Assembly (NCBI GenBank): GCA_949879765.1
Contig: CATLBQ010000002.1
Coordinates: forward strand, 79,652 to 143,651
Reading direction: 5' to 3'
Source of the DNA: an uncultured Bacilli bacterium
GTDB lineage: Bacteria; Bacillota_I; Bacilli_A; ML615J-28; CAG-313
Length of the DNA: 64,000 nucleotides
Translations under genes and position numbers: made by a program
Part shown: positions 8,933-18,869 of the stretch, one piece after another
How the letters are laid out: each line of letters opens with the position of its first letter
How positions within the stretch are numbered: position 1 is the stretch's first letter
The notes under the pieces: model-generated
What the model was told of the DNA's origin: nothing
What the model saw: the letters and a program-made list of their open reading frames with translations, nothing else
Database searches by the model: none

Positions 8933-11059
8933 ATGAAGTTACTCATCGTGGAATCTCCAGCAAAGTGTAAAACAATAGGGAATTATTTAGGTGAAGAATA
9001 TTTAGTAGAATCTAGTATAGGGCATATTAGAGATCTCAAAATTAAAGGCAAAGGTGGATTCGGCGTAGATATCGAAAATAACTTTCAGCCGGAATATAGT
9101 ATTTTAAAAGACAAAGGAGAAGTAGTTGAAAAACTAAAATCAGTCGCTCGTTTAGCAGAGCATGTTTATTTAGCAACTGACCCTGACCGTGAGGGAGAAG
9201 CAATTAGCTGGCATTTGAGTGAAGTGCTAGAACAACCTGATGAAAAGGTTTCTAGAATTGTCTTTAATGAAATTACTAAAAATGCGATATTAAAGGCAAT
9301 TCAACATGATCGAGATATAGATATGGATTTGGTTCATTCGCAAGAATCAAGAAGAATATTGGATCGTATCATTGGTTTTCGTTTGTCTAGTCTACTTCAA
9401 CAAAAAATAGGTTCAAAATCAGCAGGTCGAGTACAATCGGTTGCTTTGAAATTGGTAGTAGATCGTGAAAAGGAAATTGAGGCATTTGATAAAGTAGAAT
9501 ATTGGGATTTGGCTGCTATTTTAAATAAGGAAATAGCGGGGAATACCTATACGCTACGGGCTAAGTTTTTTGGCCGAAAAGATGAAAAGATGACACTTTC
9601 TTCTGAAGAAGAAACCAATCAGGTCATTGCGGCTTTAAAAGAAGATGAATACAAAATCATTGATATCAATAAAAAAGAGCGAAATCGTGCTTCACGTCCT
9701 CCTTTTATTACTTCAACATTACAACAAGATGCAGGTGCGAAATTCAACTACAATGCAAAGCGAGTAATGGGAATTGCTCAAAAACTATATGAAGGTGTTG
9801 AACTTGGCAAGGAACGTGTCGGTTTGATTACTTATATGCGTACTGATTCTATTCGTTTATCGGATGAATTTGTCAGTTCAGCTAAGCGCTATATTACGGA
9901 AAAATATGGCGAAAAATATTATAAAGGAACTAAAAAAGCACCTAAAGGAAAGAATATTCAAGATGCGCATGAAGCTATTCGACCAACCAATATCGCCAGA
10001 ACACCAGAAAGTGTAAAGAAATATTTGGCTGCTGATGAGTATAAAATCTATTCCTTAATATATAATAGAGCAATTGCTTCTTTGATGAGCGATGCTGTCT
10101 TAGAAGATACAAAAGTAGATATTGAAAATCAAGGGTATATTTTCAATTTGACAGGTGAAATTACTTTATTTGATGGTTTTTTGACTATCTATGAAGAATC
10201 TAGTTTAGTCGATGAGGAAGAAGACTTGGATCATTTACCAGAATTATCGATTGGAGAATACTTACCTTTTCAAGAAATTTCGAAAGAACAGAAATTTACT
10301 TCACCACCATATCGCTATACAGAGGCGAGATTAATTCGTAAGATGGAAGAATTAGGAATTGGAAGACCTTCTACATATGCATTAACTATGGAAACATTGC
10401 GAGCAAGGGCATATGTTGCGATGGAAAAGAAAACCTTTGTTCCTACTGCCCAAGGAAGACTGACAACAGAACAATTGGAATTGTTCTTTAGTAGTATCAT
10501 CAATGTAAAATATACTGCCGATATGGAAAACACATTGGATAAAATTGCGGAAGGAGATGCCATTTGGTATGAAGAACTGCGCAAATTTTATGATGTATTT
10601 GCTCCGTTGATTGAAAATGCTAGAGACAATATGGTCAAAATATATCCAAAGATAACGGATGAATTTTGTCCTGAATGCGGATTACCATTATTTATTAGGC
10701 GTGGTCCATTTGGTGAATTTACGGCTTGTTCAGGTTATCCTCATTGTCGTTACATCAAAAAAGCACCAAAGAAGGAAGTGGTGACAACGGGAGTCACTTG
10801 CCCTATTTGTGGTGAAGGTGAGGTTGTGGAAAGAACAAGCGCAAGAGGGAGATCAAAAGGAGCATTATTTTATGCTTGTAGTCGTTTCCCAAAATGCAAA
10901 GCGACTTTTTCAGGCATTCCTACAGGAGAAAAGTGTGAAATCTGCGGTGCACCGATGATTCGTGTAGGTGAAATGGTTCGCTGTAATAGTGAGCGTTGTA
11001 AATCCAACGTGGGATTGTTACCTCAAAAAGAAGAAAATAAAAAGATTGATAGCAAGTAG
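8933..11059 (+). CDS. topA: DNA topoisomerase I.
   Basis: Toprim N-terminus MKLLIVESPAKCKTIGNYLG. Active-site region. Three C-terminal zinc ribbons (CPECG, CPICG, CEICG). RBS GAGGTG before the ATG at 8933. The ORF track begins at 8915. Confidence 0.9.
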   Translation: MKLLIVESPAKCKTIGNYLGEEYLVESSIGHIRDLKIKGKGGFGVDIENNFQPEYSILKDKGEVVEKLKSVARLAEHVYLATDPDREGEAISWHLSEVLEQPDEKVSRIVFNEITKNAILKAIQHDRDIDMDLVHSQESRRILDRIIGFRLSSLLQQKIGSKSAGRVQSVALKLVVDREKEIEAFDKVEYWDLAAILNKEIAGNTYTLRAKFFGRKDEKMTLSSEEETNQVIAALKEDEYKIIDINKKERNRASRPPFITSTLQQDAGAKFNYNAKRVMGIAQKLYEGVELGKERVGLITYMRTDSIRLSDEFVSSAKRYITEKYGEKYYKGTKKAPKGKNIQDAHEAIRPTNIARTPESVKKYLAADEYKIYSLIYNRAIASLMSDAVLEDTKVDIENQGYIFNLTGEITLFDGFLTIYEESSLVDEEEDLDHLPELSIGEYLPFQEISKEQKFTSPPYRYTEARLIRKMEELGIGRPSTYALTMETLRARAYVAMEKKTFVPTAQGRLTTEQLELFFSSIINVKYTADMENTLDKIAEGDAIWYEELRKFYDVFAPLIENARDNMVKIYPKITDEFCPECGLPLFIRRGPFGEFTACSGYPHCRYIKKAPKKEVVTTGVTCPICGEGEVVERTSARGRSKGALFYACSRFPKCKATFSGIPTGEKCEICGAPMIRVGEMVRCNSERCKSNVGLLPQKEENKKIDSK

Positions 11060-11078
11060 TCTATCAATCTTTTTATTT
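11044..11078 (+). terminator. Rho-independent terminator overlapping the topA stop.
   Basis: AGATTGATAG / CTATCAATCT stem with an 8-nt loop, then TTTTTATTT. Confidence 0.7.
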
Positions 11079-11085
11079 ATAAGGG

Positions 11086-11114
11086 TTGAAAAAAATAAAA
11101 AAATATAGTATAAT
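11086..11114 (+). promoter_or_regulatory. Promoter for the ftsY-ylxM-ffh operon.
   Basis: TTGAAA, 17-nt spacer, TATAAT. Confidence 0.55.
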
Positions 11115-11161
11115 ACAAAAATAAGGATTTAGACATCAGGTCTAATGAGAGGAGCAATATA

Positions 11162-12142
11162 ATGGGGTTATTTGATATATTTAAAAAGAAAAAACAAAAT
11201 GATACTTCAAAAAAATATGAACTCGGTATGAAAAAAACAAGACAAGGGCTAATGGGAAAACTAAAAGCCATTTTGTCAGGCCATAAAGAAATTGATGAAG
11301 ACCTATTTGATGATTTGACAGATGCCTTTATTATGGCTGATATTGGTGTAGAAACAACACTAGATTTTATTGAGGCACTCAAGGAAGATGAGAGGGTAGA
11401 AGGTCTAACCAATGCAGAGGATTTGCAACCTATTATTGTTGATAAAATGTTTGAATTGTATTTAAAAGGAGAAATTGTCAATAATAATTTTAATTTGCAA
11501 AAGAATGATTTATCTGTTTTTTTGTTTGTGGGCGTCAATGGTGTAGGAAAGACAACAACCATTGCAAAAATTGCTTATAGATTAAAAAAAGAAGGAAAAA
11601 AGATATTGCTTGCGGCGGGGGATACTTTTAGAGCGGGGGCAGTAGATCAATTAGAGGTATGGGCCAATCGTGTTGGTGTAGATATCGTTATTAAAAAAGG
11701 AGCGACGGATCCTTCAAGTGTGATTTATGAGGCGGTACAAAAAGCGAAACAAGAAAAGTATGATGTCTTATTGTGTGATACCGCAGGACGACTTCAGAAC
11801 AAAACGAATTTAATGAAAGAATTGGAAAAGATGAACCGAGTGATTGCTCGCGAGGTGGAAAATGGACCACATGAAACAATATTGGTCATTGATGCAACAA
11901 CAGGTCAAAATGGATTATCTCAAGCAGAAGCATTTATGGAGGTTACAAATATTACTGGAGTTATTTTAACCAAGTTAGATGGAACTAGTAAAGGTGGAAT
12001 TGTACTTGCCATTCGAGATAAATATAATTTACCTATCAAAATGGTGGGACTTGGTGAAAAAATGGAAGACCTAGAATATTTTGATTTAGAGGATTATATT
12101 GGCGGATTATTTATTGGTTCAGAGGATGATACAGATGCCTAA
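11162..12142 (+). CDS. ftsY: Signal recognition particle receptor FtsY.
   Basis: SRP GTPase motifs GVNGVGKTTT, DTAGR, TKLDG. Confidence 0.9.
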   Translation: MGLFDIFKKKKQNDTSKKYELGMKKTRQGLMGKLKAILSGHKEIDEDLFDDLTDAFIMADIGVETTLDFIEALKEDERVEGLTNAEDLQPIIVDKMFELYLKGEIVNNNFNLQKNDLSVFLFVGVNGVGKTTTIAKIAYRLKKEGKKILLAAGDTFRAGAVDQLEVWANRVGVDIVIKKGATDPSSVIYEAVQKAKQEKYDVLLCDTAGRLQNKTNLMKELEKMNRVIAREVENGPHETILVIDATTGQNGLSQAEAFMEVTNITGVILTKLDGTSKGGIVLAIRDKYNLPIKMVGLGEKMEDLEYFDLEDYIGGLFIGSEDDTDA

Positions 12143-12458
12143 TACAATCGAAAAAAAAGATTATTATAATTTTTTATATACATACTATCAAAATTTGTTT
12201 ACAACCAAACAGAAAGAAATATTTGAAAGTTATTATTTTGAAGATTATAGTTTATCCGAAATATCGGAATCCCTTGGTGTTTCACGCAATGCCATTTGGG
12301 ATGTATTGAAAAAAGTAGAACATAATTTAGATGAATATGAGTCAAAATTAGGACTTTATCAAAAAAATAAGGTATTAGAAACTTATTTAAATGAGTTAAT
12401 GTCTTATACCACTGAAGAAGGGAAAGCCATTATTCATCAGATCAAGGAGATGGAATAA
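12135..12458 (+). CDS. ylxM: YlxM/UPF0122 family putative DNA-binding protein of the SRP operon.
   Basis: Sigma-region-4-like HTH (YSLSEISESLGVSRNAIWDVLKK). ATG overlaps the ftsY stop (ATGCCTAA). Conserved position between ftsY and ffh. Confidence 0.75.
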   Translation: MPNTIEKKDYYNFLYTYYQNLFTTKQKEIFESYYFEDYSLSEISESLGVSRNAIWDVLKKVEHNLDEYESKLGLYQKNKVLETYLNELMSYTTEEGKAIIHQIKEME

Positions 12459-12464
12459 AAATAT

Positions 12465-13874
12465 ATGCCGTTTGAAAATTTATCAGAAAAAATCCAATAT
12501 TCATTAAGAAAATTAACTGGACGTGGTAAAGTAAATGAAAAAGATATTGACGACGCTATGCGTGAAATCCGTGTATCATTACTTGAAGCAGATGTGAATT
12601 ATAAAATTGTCAAAGAATTTATTAATGAAGTAAAAGAACTAGCTTTGGGTGAGCGAGTAATGAAATCACTTACTCCAGGTGACCAAGTCGTTAAAATTGT
12701 TTATGAAGAATTAATTAAATTGATGGGGGATGAGGCTGTTCCAATCAATTTAAAGAAATCAGGTACGAGTATTGTCTTGATGGTGGGATTACAAGGTAGT
12801 GGTAAAACCACTCATGTTGGTAAATTAGCCAATTACTTGCGAAAGAATAACAAGTGTAAGCCACTAATGATTGCGGCAGACGTTTATCGACCTGCTGCAA
12901 TCAATCAGTTGGTGACCATCGGCAAGCAATTAGATATTGAAGTGTTCCAAATGGGAATACTAGCGAAACCACAAGCTATTGTTAAAAATGGTTTGGATTA
13001 TGCAAAAGAAAAAGGATATAATTTAGTCCTTATTGATACAGCAGGTCGCCTTGCCATTGATGAAGTATTGATGCAAGAATTAGTTGAAATTAAACAAATT
13101 GTAAATCCCGATGAAATATTATTGACAGTTGATGCCATGACAGGTCAAGATGCGGTCAATGTAGCGATGAAATTCCATGAAAAATTAGGTATAACAGGAT
13201 GTCTATTGACAAAACTAGATAGTGATACACGTGGTGGTGCAGCATTATCTATTCGCTATATGACAAAGATACCGATTAAATTTACTGGTCTCGGTGAAAA
13301 AATGGATGAAATTGATGTATTTCATCCTGAGCGTATGGCTAAGCGAATTCTTGGTATGGGGGATGTGCTTACTTTTATAGAAAAAGCACAGGCTTCATTT
13401 GATGAAGAAGAAGCGATGAAAATGGCAGAAAAAATGCAAGCTGGTCGCTTTACATATAATGATTTTTTGGATCAAATCAAAAAGATTAAAAAGATGGGCT
13501 CGATAAAAGGTCTATTGGGATTGATTCCTGGACTTGGTTCACAAATTAAAAATTTGGATATTGACGAAAAAAAATTTGTGTATATTGAAGCATTGATTGG
13601 ATCAATGACGAAAGAAGAACGAAATAATCCTGATTTGATCAATAAGAGTCACGCTAGAAAATCGCGTATTGCCAATGGTAGTGGTAGAAGTTATCAAGAG
13701 ATTAATCAGTTAACCAAACAGTTTGAAACTATGCGTGCACAAATGAAATCATTGATGAATATGGATGAAGATCAAATGGAGAAAGTATCCAAGGGTCAAG
13801 CACCTATTCCAGGTATGAAACCATCTAAACCGAAAAAAGGCAAGGGAAAAAATAAAGGTGGATTTAGATTTTAA
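12465..13874 (+). CDS. ffh: Signal recognition particle protein Ffh.
   Basis: GLQGSGKTT, DTAGR, TKLD. Methionine-rich M domain. Gly/Lys-rich tail. Confidence 0.9.
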   Translation: MPFENLSEKIQYSLRKLTGRGKVNEKDIDDAMREIRVSLLEADVNYKIVKEFINEVKELALGERVMKSLTPGDQVVKIVYEELIKLMGDEAVPINLKKSGTSIVLMVGLQGSGKTTHVGKLANYLRKNNKCKPLMIAADVYRPAAINQLVTIGKQLDIEVFQMGILAKPQAIVKNGLDYAKEKGYNLVLIDTAGRLAIDEVLMQELVEIKQIVNPDEILLTVDAMTGQDAVNVAMKFHEKLGITGCLLTKLDSDTRGGAALSIRYMTKIPIKFTGLGEKMDEIDVFHPERMAKRILGMGDVLTFIEKAQASFDEEEAMKMAEKMQAGRFTYNDFLDQIKKIKKMGSIKGLLGLIPGLGSQIKNLDIDEKKFVYIEALIGSMTKEERNNPDLINKSHARKSRIANGSGRSYQEINQLTKQFETMRAQMKSLMNMDEDQMEKVSKGQAPIPGMKPSKPKKGKGKNKGGFRF

Positions 13875-13946
13875 TGACCTCTTGTATCCTATTTCCTTTT
13901 AAAGGGATATGTTGCCACCATCAAAAATAAGCAGGAGGATCCTATT

Positions 13947-15317
13947 ATGAATCAAAATTATGTTGAAGATATATTGGCACTCATCAGATCACATGTTTCA
14001 GTAGGGGAAAAACGCAGTGCACTTGCCCATTATCATGAAAATGATATTGCCAAAGTATTTCCTTTTTTGACCAAGGAAGAAAGAAAGCAATTGTACTTGC
14101 TTTTTGATCAAGACACGTTATCAGATATTTTTAGTTATCTAGAAGATCCAGCGGAATATTTTGAGGAATTATCTAACGATGCTGCGGCAGATATTTTAGA
14201 AAATATGGATACAGATGATGCCATCGATATTTTAGAAGAACTAGAAGAGCAAGATCGTAATGAATTAATCGAGTTGATGGATCAAGAAGCCGTGGATGAC
14301 ATCAAATTGATAACCTCTTATGATGAAGATGTAATCGGAAGTAAAATGACTACGAATTATGTTGCCATATCAAAAGATGCGACGGTTAGACAGGCTATGA
14401 AACAGATGATAGAAGAAGCGGCTATCAATGATAATATTTCCACATTATATTTTGTTGATGCCGATAATCATTTTTTTGGTGCTATGGATTTAAGGGACTT
14501 GATTTTAGCTAGAGAAAGCCAGAATTTAAAAGAACTGATTAAAACCTCGTATCCTTACTTAAATGCAACAGAGGAAGTCAGCGCGTGCCTAGAAAAGATA
14601 CAAGATTATGCACTTGATTCTATCCCTGTATTAGATGAAGAAAAGCATTTAGTTGGTGTCATTACGGGTGATGATGTTGTTGAAGCGGTTCAAGACGAAT
14701 TGAGTGATGACTATGCTAAATTAGCGGGTTTATCGGGAGAAGAAGATTTGGATGAATCGATTTTTACATCCATCAAAAAAAGGGTGCCTTGGTTATTGAT
14801 TTTACTGGGCTTAGGACTAGTAACGAGCCTATTGATTTCAAGTTTTGAAAAGGTTGTTGCGGCATTGCCACTGATTGTTTTTTTTCAATCATTGATTTTA
14901 GATATGGCAGGAAATACAGGAACGCAGTCGCTTGCTGTAACGATTCGTGTGCTATCGAGTGAAAGAACAACAAGTAAGGATGTTGCAAAGTTAATTTTTA
15001 AAGAGGTTCGTGTAGGTTTTATCAATGGCTTGTGTATTGGATTGATGAGTTTTCTGTGTGTGTTTCTCTTTATTTATTTGGTTCAAAATGAGACGCTATT
15101 GGATAATTTCAAGATTGCATTTTCTGTAGGTGTAAGTATGCTTGGTTCAATGATGGTAGCAAGTTTTGCAGGAAGCGTTATCCCTGTTTTATTTAAGAAA
15201 TGTAAAATTGATCCAGCTGTTGCATCTGGACCATTAATTACAACTATCAATGATGTGATTGCGGTTGTGATTTATTATGGACTTGCCTGGATGATGTTTG
15301 CTACTTTAATAGGATAG
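13947..15317 (+). CDS. mgtE: Magnesium transporter MgtE.
   Basis: MgtE N-domain, two CBS modules and a C-terminal membrane domain carrying MAGNTGTQS. RBS GGAGGA. Confidence 0.85.
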   Translation: MNQNYVEDILALIRSHVSVGEKRSALAHYHENDIAKVFPFLTKEERKQLYLLFDQDTLSDIFSYLEDPAEYFEELSNDAAADILENMDTDDAIDILEELEEQDRNELIELMDQEAVDDIKLITSYDEDVIGSKMTTNYVAISKDATVRQAMKQMIEEAAINDNISTLYFVDADNHFFGAMDLRDLILARESQNLKELIKTSYPYLNATEEVSACLEKIQDYALDSIPVLDEEKHLVGVITGDDVVEAVQDELSDDYAKLAGLSGEEDLDESIFTSIKKRVPWLLILLGLGLVTSLLISSFEKVVAALPLIVFFQSLILDMAGNTGTQSLAVTIRVLSSERTTSKDVAKLIFKEVRVGFINGLCIGLMSFLCVFLFIYLVQNETLLDNFKIAFSVGVSMLGSMMVASFAGSVIPVLFKKCKIDPAVASGPLITTINDVIAVVIYYGLAWMMFATLIG

Positions 15318-15370
15318 CATAGATTCGTTATCCATCAAGTAGATAGTGTTATTTGTAAAAGAAAGTAAAA

Positions 15371-15399
15371 TAAAAAATGGTTCCATATGAACCATTTTT
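15371..15399. terminator. Bidirectional rho-independent terminator (mgtE on +, ruvA on -).
   Basis: AAAAAATGGTTC-CATAT-GAACCATTTTTT. The 12-bp stem is flanked by A-runs and T-runs on both sides. Confidence 0.8.
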
Positions 15400-15475
15400 T
15401 GTTGCGCTAGTTATAGAATATCATCTGGACTATATAATATAAGGAATAGCGGTTTGGATTCTGAACTTATTTATA

Positions 15476-15504
15476 TTGCAAAAAGAAGTGAAATAGTGTA
15501 TAAT
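15476..15504 (+). promoter_or_regulatory. Strong orphan + strand promoter at the 3' end of ruvA, pointing antisense through ruvA toward ruvB.
   Basis: TTGCAA, 17-nt spacer, TATAAT, with TG immediately upstream of the -10. No + strand gene exists for the next 650 nt. Confidence 0.45.
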
Positions 15505-15508
15505 AGAA

Positions 15509-16078
15509 TTAATTCTTTTTCAGGCGCTTTAGGGCGTTTTTTACCGCATCACTTAGTGAAATAGCATCACTTACGTCTAAATCTTTGGTGGCTTGCTTGA
15601 TTTCATTGTTGTTGTATCCTAAAGATTTTAGTGCCAAAATAACATTATTTTTCTTTTCATTGGAAACATCTGGAGTATCTGACTGAAAATCAATTTTTCC
15701 TTTTAAGTCAAGAACAATTTGTTGACTCAATTTTGGCCCAATTCCTGGAAATTGACCAAAAAATTTTGCATTGCCATCATCTAATGCTTGAATGATTTCA
15801 TCGGGAGTACTAGAGGCGAGAATTGCCAATGCACCTTTTGGACCTAAGCCTTTTACACTGATGAGGTTTTCAAACATATCTCTAGAAGTAGCTGAACTAA
15901 ACCCAAATAGTTCATGGGCATCCTCTCGTACATGGTAATGTAAGTAAAGCGTCATCTGGGTATTGCATTCAAATTGGTATGGATTGGGCACTTTGACGTA
16001 ATAGCCAATTTGTCCTACCTCAAATGTAATATGTGTGGCACAAATTTCTGTGATTTGGCCTTTAAAATACCGATACAT
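15509..16078 (-). CDS. ruvA: Holliday junction DNA helicase subunit RuvA.
   Basis: MYRYFKGQI..GYYVKVP N-terminus. Two HhH motifs (KGLGPKGALAIL, FPGIGPKLSQQIV). C-terminal domain III. RBS GGAGGT lies 5 nt before the second ATG. The ORF track begins 12 nt further upstream. Confidence 0.85.
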   Translation of the reverse strand: MYRYFKGQITEICATHITFEVGQIGYYVKVPNPYQFECNTQMTLYLHYHVREDAHELFGFSSATSRDMFENLISVKGLGPKGALAILASSTPDEIIQALDDGNAKFFGQFPGIGPKLSQQIVLDLKGKIDFQSDTPDVSNEKKNNVILALKSLGYNNNEIKQATKDLDVSDAISLSDAVKNALKRLKKN

Positions 16079-16112
16079 AGAAACCTCCATAAGAAATAAA
16101 AATAGATAATGT

Positions 16113-16141
16113 ATTATATCATAAAAATAGAATTAAATCAA
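16113..16141 (-). promoter_or_regulatory. Probable ruvA promoter (minus strand).
   Basis: On the minus strand it reads TTGATT, 17-nt spacer, TGaTATAAT. It ends about 30 nt upstream of the ruvA RBS. Confidence 0.45.
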
Positions 16142-16149
16142 AGAAAAGG

Positions 16150-17157
16150 GTGATGGTCTTGGATAATATTATGGACAAAAAAATGATTGATGGCGATGAG
16201 ATAGAATCTTCTCTTCGACCCCAAAGATTAAAAGAATATGTTGGTCAGTTGGAATTAAAAGAAATGATGGAAATATTTATTCATACGGCGAAACTACGTC
16301 AGGAGAGTTTAGACCATGTGTTATTATATGGTCCCCCAGGATTAGGGAAGACCACTTTAGCACATATTATTGCCAATGAAATGAATACAGGGATTAAAAT
16401 TACTACGGGTCCTGCGTTATCTAGACCAGGTGATCTTGCGGCAATATTATCATCTCTTGAACCAGGGGATATATTATTTATTGATGAAATTCACCGGATA
16501 CCCAAAGTAATTGAAGAGATTTTGTATTCTGCTATGGAAGATTATGCTATTGACATTGTGATGGGAAAGGATGCAGCAGCTTCTACACTTCGGATAGATT
16601 TACCACCATTTACTTTGGTTGGAGCAACAACACGTTTTGGTGATTTAATGGCGCCTATGCGAGATCGGTTTGGTATAGTGCACCAATTGAAATATTATAC
16701 TATGGAAGAATTAGCTACCATTATTGAACGTACATCAAGAATTTTTCATTTCCCAATTGATAAGGATGCAACCTATGAGTTGGCTAAACGTTCTCGCGGA
16801 ACGCCACGTATTGCCAATCGGTTATTTAGAAGAATTCGTGATTTTGCCCAATATGAGAATTCAAATCATATATCAGTAGATATAACCGATTATGCTTTAA
16901 ATAAACTCGATATTGATAAAGCAGGCTTAGATATTACTGATCGCAAATACCTTTTGGGTCTAATTGAACGCTTTAAAGGTGGACCTGCAGGTCTTGAGGC
17001 GCTTGCTGCGACCATTTCTGAAGAAACTGTAACTTTAGAAGATGTCAATGAGCCTTATTTATTACAAGAAGGGTTTATTATTCGTACGCATAGAGGACGA
17101 ATGGTCACAGAAAAAGCGTATGAGCATTTGGGGTATAAAAAAGGAGGCTTATTTTGA
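16150..17157 (+). CDS. ruvB: Holliday junction DNA helicase RuvB. The start is uncertain: GTG 16150, ATG 16153 or ATG 16177.
   Basis: AAA+ motifs [18 protein letters not shown]. Winged-helix C-terminus. Confidence 0.9.
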   Translation: MMVLDNIMDKKMIDGDEIESSLRPQRLKEYVGQLELKEMMEIFIHTAKLRQESLDHVLLYGPPGLGKTTLAHIIANEMNTGIKITTGPALSRPGDLAAILSSLEPGDILFIDEIHRIPKVIEEILYSAMEDYAIDIVMGKDAAASTLRIDLPPFTLVGATTRFGDLMAPMRDRFGIVHQLKYYTMEELATIIERTSRIFHFPIDKDATYELAKRSRGTPRIANRLFRRIRDFAQYENSNHISVDITDYALNKLDIDKAGLDITDRKYLLGLIERFKGGPAGLEALAATISEETVTLEDVNEPYLLQEGFIIRTHRGRMVTEKAYEHLGYKKGGLF

Positions 17158-18179
17158 AAGTAGCAGATTTTGATTATAATTTACCAGAAGAATTGATTGC
17201 GCAAACGCCACTAGAAAATAGAACCGATTCTCGGTTACTGGTTTTAGATAAAATAACAGGGGATATAGAACACAAGCATTTTTATGACATAGTAGATTAT
17301 TTAACTGATCAAGATGTTTTAGTACTCAATGATACCAAAGTGTATCCATCGCGTATTTATGGAAAAAAGATTGATACCGATGCTTCGATTGAATTATTAT
17401 TACTCAAAGAAGTTGGAAAAGATGAGTGGGTAGCGTTAACTCGTCCTGCTCGACGTGTTAAAGTAGGAACACAAATCTCTTTTGGAAATGGTCTACTGAT
17501 AGCGACTTGTATAGAGGAAAAAGCAGATGGTGAAAGACGATACCACATGACTTATCAAGGTATATTTTTAGAAATATTAGAACAAATTGGTACAATGCCA
17601 TTACCTCCATATATTCACGAAAAATTGGAGGATGGTTCTCGTTATCAAACGGTATATGCGAAAGATTATGGCAGTGCAGCGGCGCCTACTGCGGGGTTAC
17701 ACTTTACCCAAGAATTATTAGCAAAAGCAAGAGCAAAAGGGGTGCAAATTGAATATGTAACATTGCATGTAGGATTAGGCACATTTAGACCTGTGATGAG
17801 TGAAACGATTGAGGATCATCATATGCATAGTGAGTCATACCAAATGACCGAAGCAACCGCAAAAGCTTTGAATCAAGCCAAGGCGGCAGGAAAAAGAATT
17901 ATTAGTGTAGGAACGACTTCAACAAGAACATTAGAAAGTATTATGGCTAAATATGGGTGTTTCCGAGCGTGTCAGGAATCGACGAATATTTTCATTTATC
18001 CTCCCTATCGCTTTCAAGCCATTGATGCTTTGATTACCAATTTTCATTTGCCGAAATCAACATTGATTATGTTAGTGAGTGCTTTAGCAGGAAGAGAACA
18101 TGTTCTTGAAGCCTATCATATCGCTGTTCAAGAGAAGTATCGCTTTTTTTCTTTTGGCGATGCTATGTTTATTCAATAA
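17154..18179 (+). CDS. queA: S-adenosylmethionine:tRNA ribosyltransferase-isomerase QueA (TTG start).
   Basis: [20 protein letters not shown]-terminus. RBS GGAGG sits 6 nt before the TTG. The start overlaps the ruvB stop (TTGA). Confidence 0.85.
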   Translation: MKVADFDYNLPEELIAQTPLENRTDSRLLVLDKITGDIEHKHFYDIVDYLTDQDVLVLNDTKVYPSRIYGKKIDTDASIELLLLKEVGKDEWVALTRPARRVKVGTQISFGNGLLIATCIEEKADGERRYHMTYQGIFLEILEQIGTMPLPPYIHEKLEDGSRYQTVYAKDYGSAAAPTAGLHFTQELLAKARAKGVQIEYVTLHVGLGTFRPVMSETIEDHHMHSESYQMTEATAKALNQAKAAGKRIISVGTTSTRTLESIMAKYGCFRACQESTNIFIYPPYRFQAIDALITNFHLPKSTLIMLVSALAGREHVLEAYHIAVQEKYRFFSFGDAMFIQ

Positions 18180-18206
18180 AGGAACATCAAAACGAGGAGG
18201 AATAAT

Positions 18207-18809
18207 ATGTATCAAATCATCACAATAGGAAGAGAGTTTGGTAGTGGTGGAAGAGAATTTGGTAGGAGACTTGCGGAAGAATTAGGCTATGAATATTATG
18301 ATAAAGAAATCATTACAGAGATTTCAAAACATACCTCATTATCAGAGGAGTATGTTCAAGATATTATTGAGAAAAAACCCCATCGCTTGTACCCTATTAC
18401 AATCGGACAAAGTTTGACAGGACATGAGAACTATGAAATGCAACAAGTTCAAATGGTATTTCAAGCACAGTGCGAAATTATAGAACGATTGGCTACCCAG
18501 TCTAATTGCGTGATTGTGGGAAGATGTGCTGATTATATTTTAAGAGAATATCAACCCTATCGTATTTTCATTTATGCACAGATGGATAGCAAAGTGAAAC
18601 GATGTATTGCACGAAATAGTACATCAAGTATGTATACTGAAAAACAAATTCGCAAACACATCGCAAGACTAGATAAAGAAAGGGCAAAGTATTATCAATA
18701 CTATACAGGTCAAAAATGGGGAGACATTCAAAATTATGACTTATGCATCAATACAACACATACGATAATTAAGGATGTTGTTCCATTGATTGCCAAAATG
18801 TTTCAATAA
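18207..18809 (+). CDS. Cytidylate-kinase-like family P-loop protein.
   Basis: ITIGREFGSGG P-loop-like N-terminus typical of the Cytidylate_kin2 family. RBS GAGGAGG. Confidence 0.55.
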   Translation: MYQIITIGREFGSGGREFGRRLAEELGYEYYDKEIITEISKHTSLSEEYVQDIIEKKPHRLYPITIGQSLTGHENYEMQQVQMVFQAQCEIIERLATQSNCVIVGRCADYILREYQPYRIFIYAQMDSKVKRCIARNSTSSMYTEKQIRKHIARLDKERAKYYQYYTGQKWGDIQNYDLCINTTHTIIKDVVPLIAKMFQ

Positions 18810-18813
18810 TATA

Positions 18814-18867
18814 AAAAAACTCACTTTTGCTTATCCATTTTTAGGAATAGGCGATAGTGAGTTTTTT
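18814..18867. terminator. Bidirectional terminator shared by convergent genes.
   Basis: AAAAAACTCACT ... AGTGAGTTTTTT. The 12-bp outer stem is flanked by A-tracts and T-tracts. The loop is long. Confidence 0.6.
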
Positions 18868-18869
18868 AT

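Noticed and set aside
11077-11562. A 161-aa minus-strand ORF overlapping the ftsY 5' region and its promoter.
   Set aside because: It lies entirely antisense to a strongly supported ftsY ORF and leader. The product is low-complexity and Ser/Phe-rich with no motifs. It is a spurious AT-rich ORF.
13875-13946. A hairpin-like TATCC...GGATA sequence after ffh as a terminator.
   Set aside because: The stem is only 5 bp with a long loop and no U-tract. ffh and mgtE may be co-transcribed, or termination is Rho-dependent.
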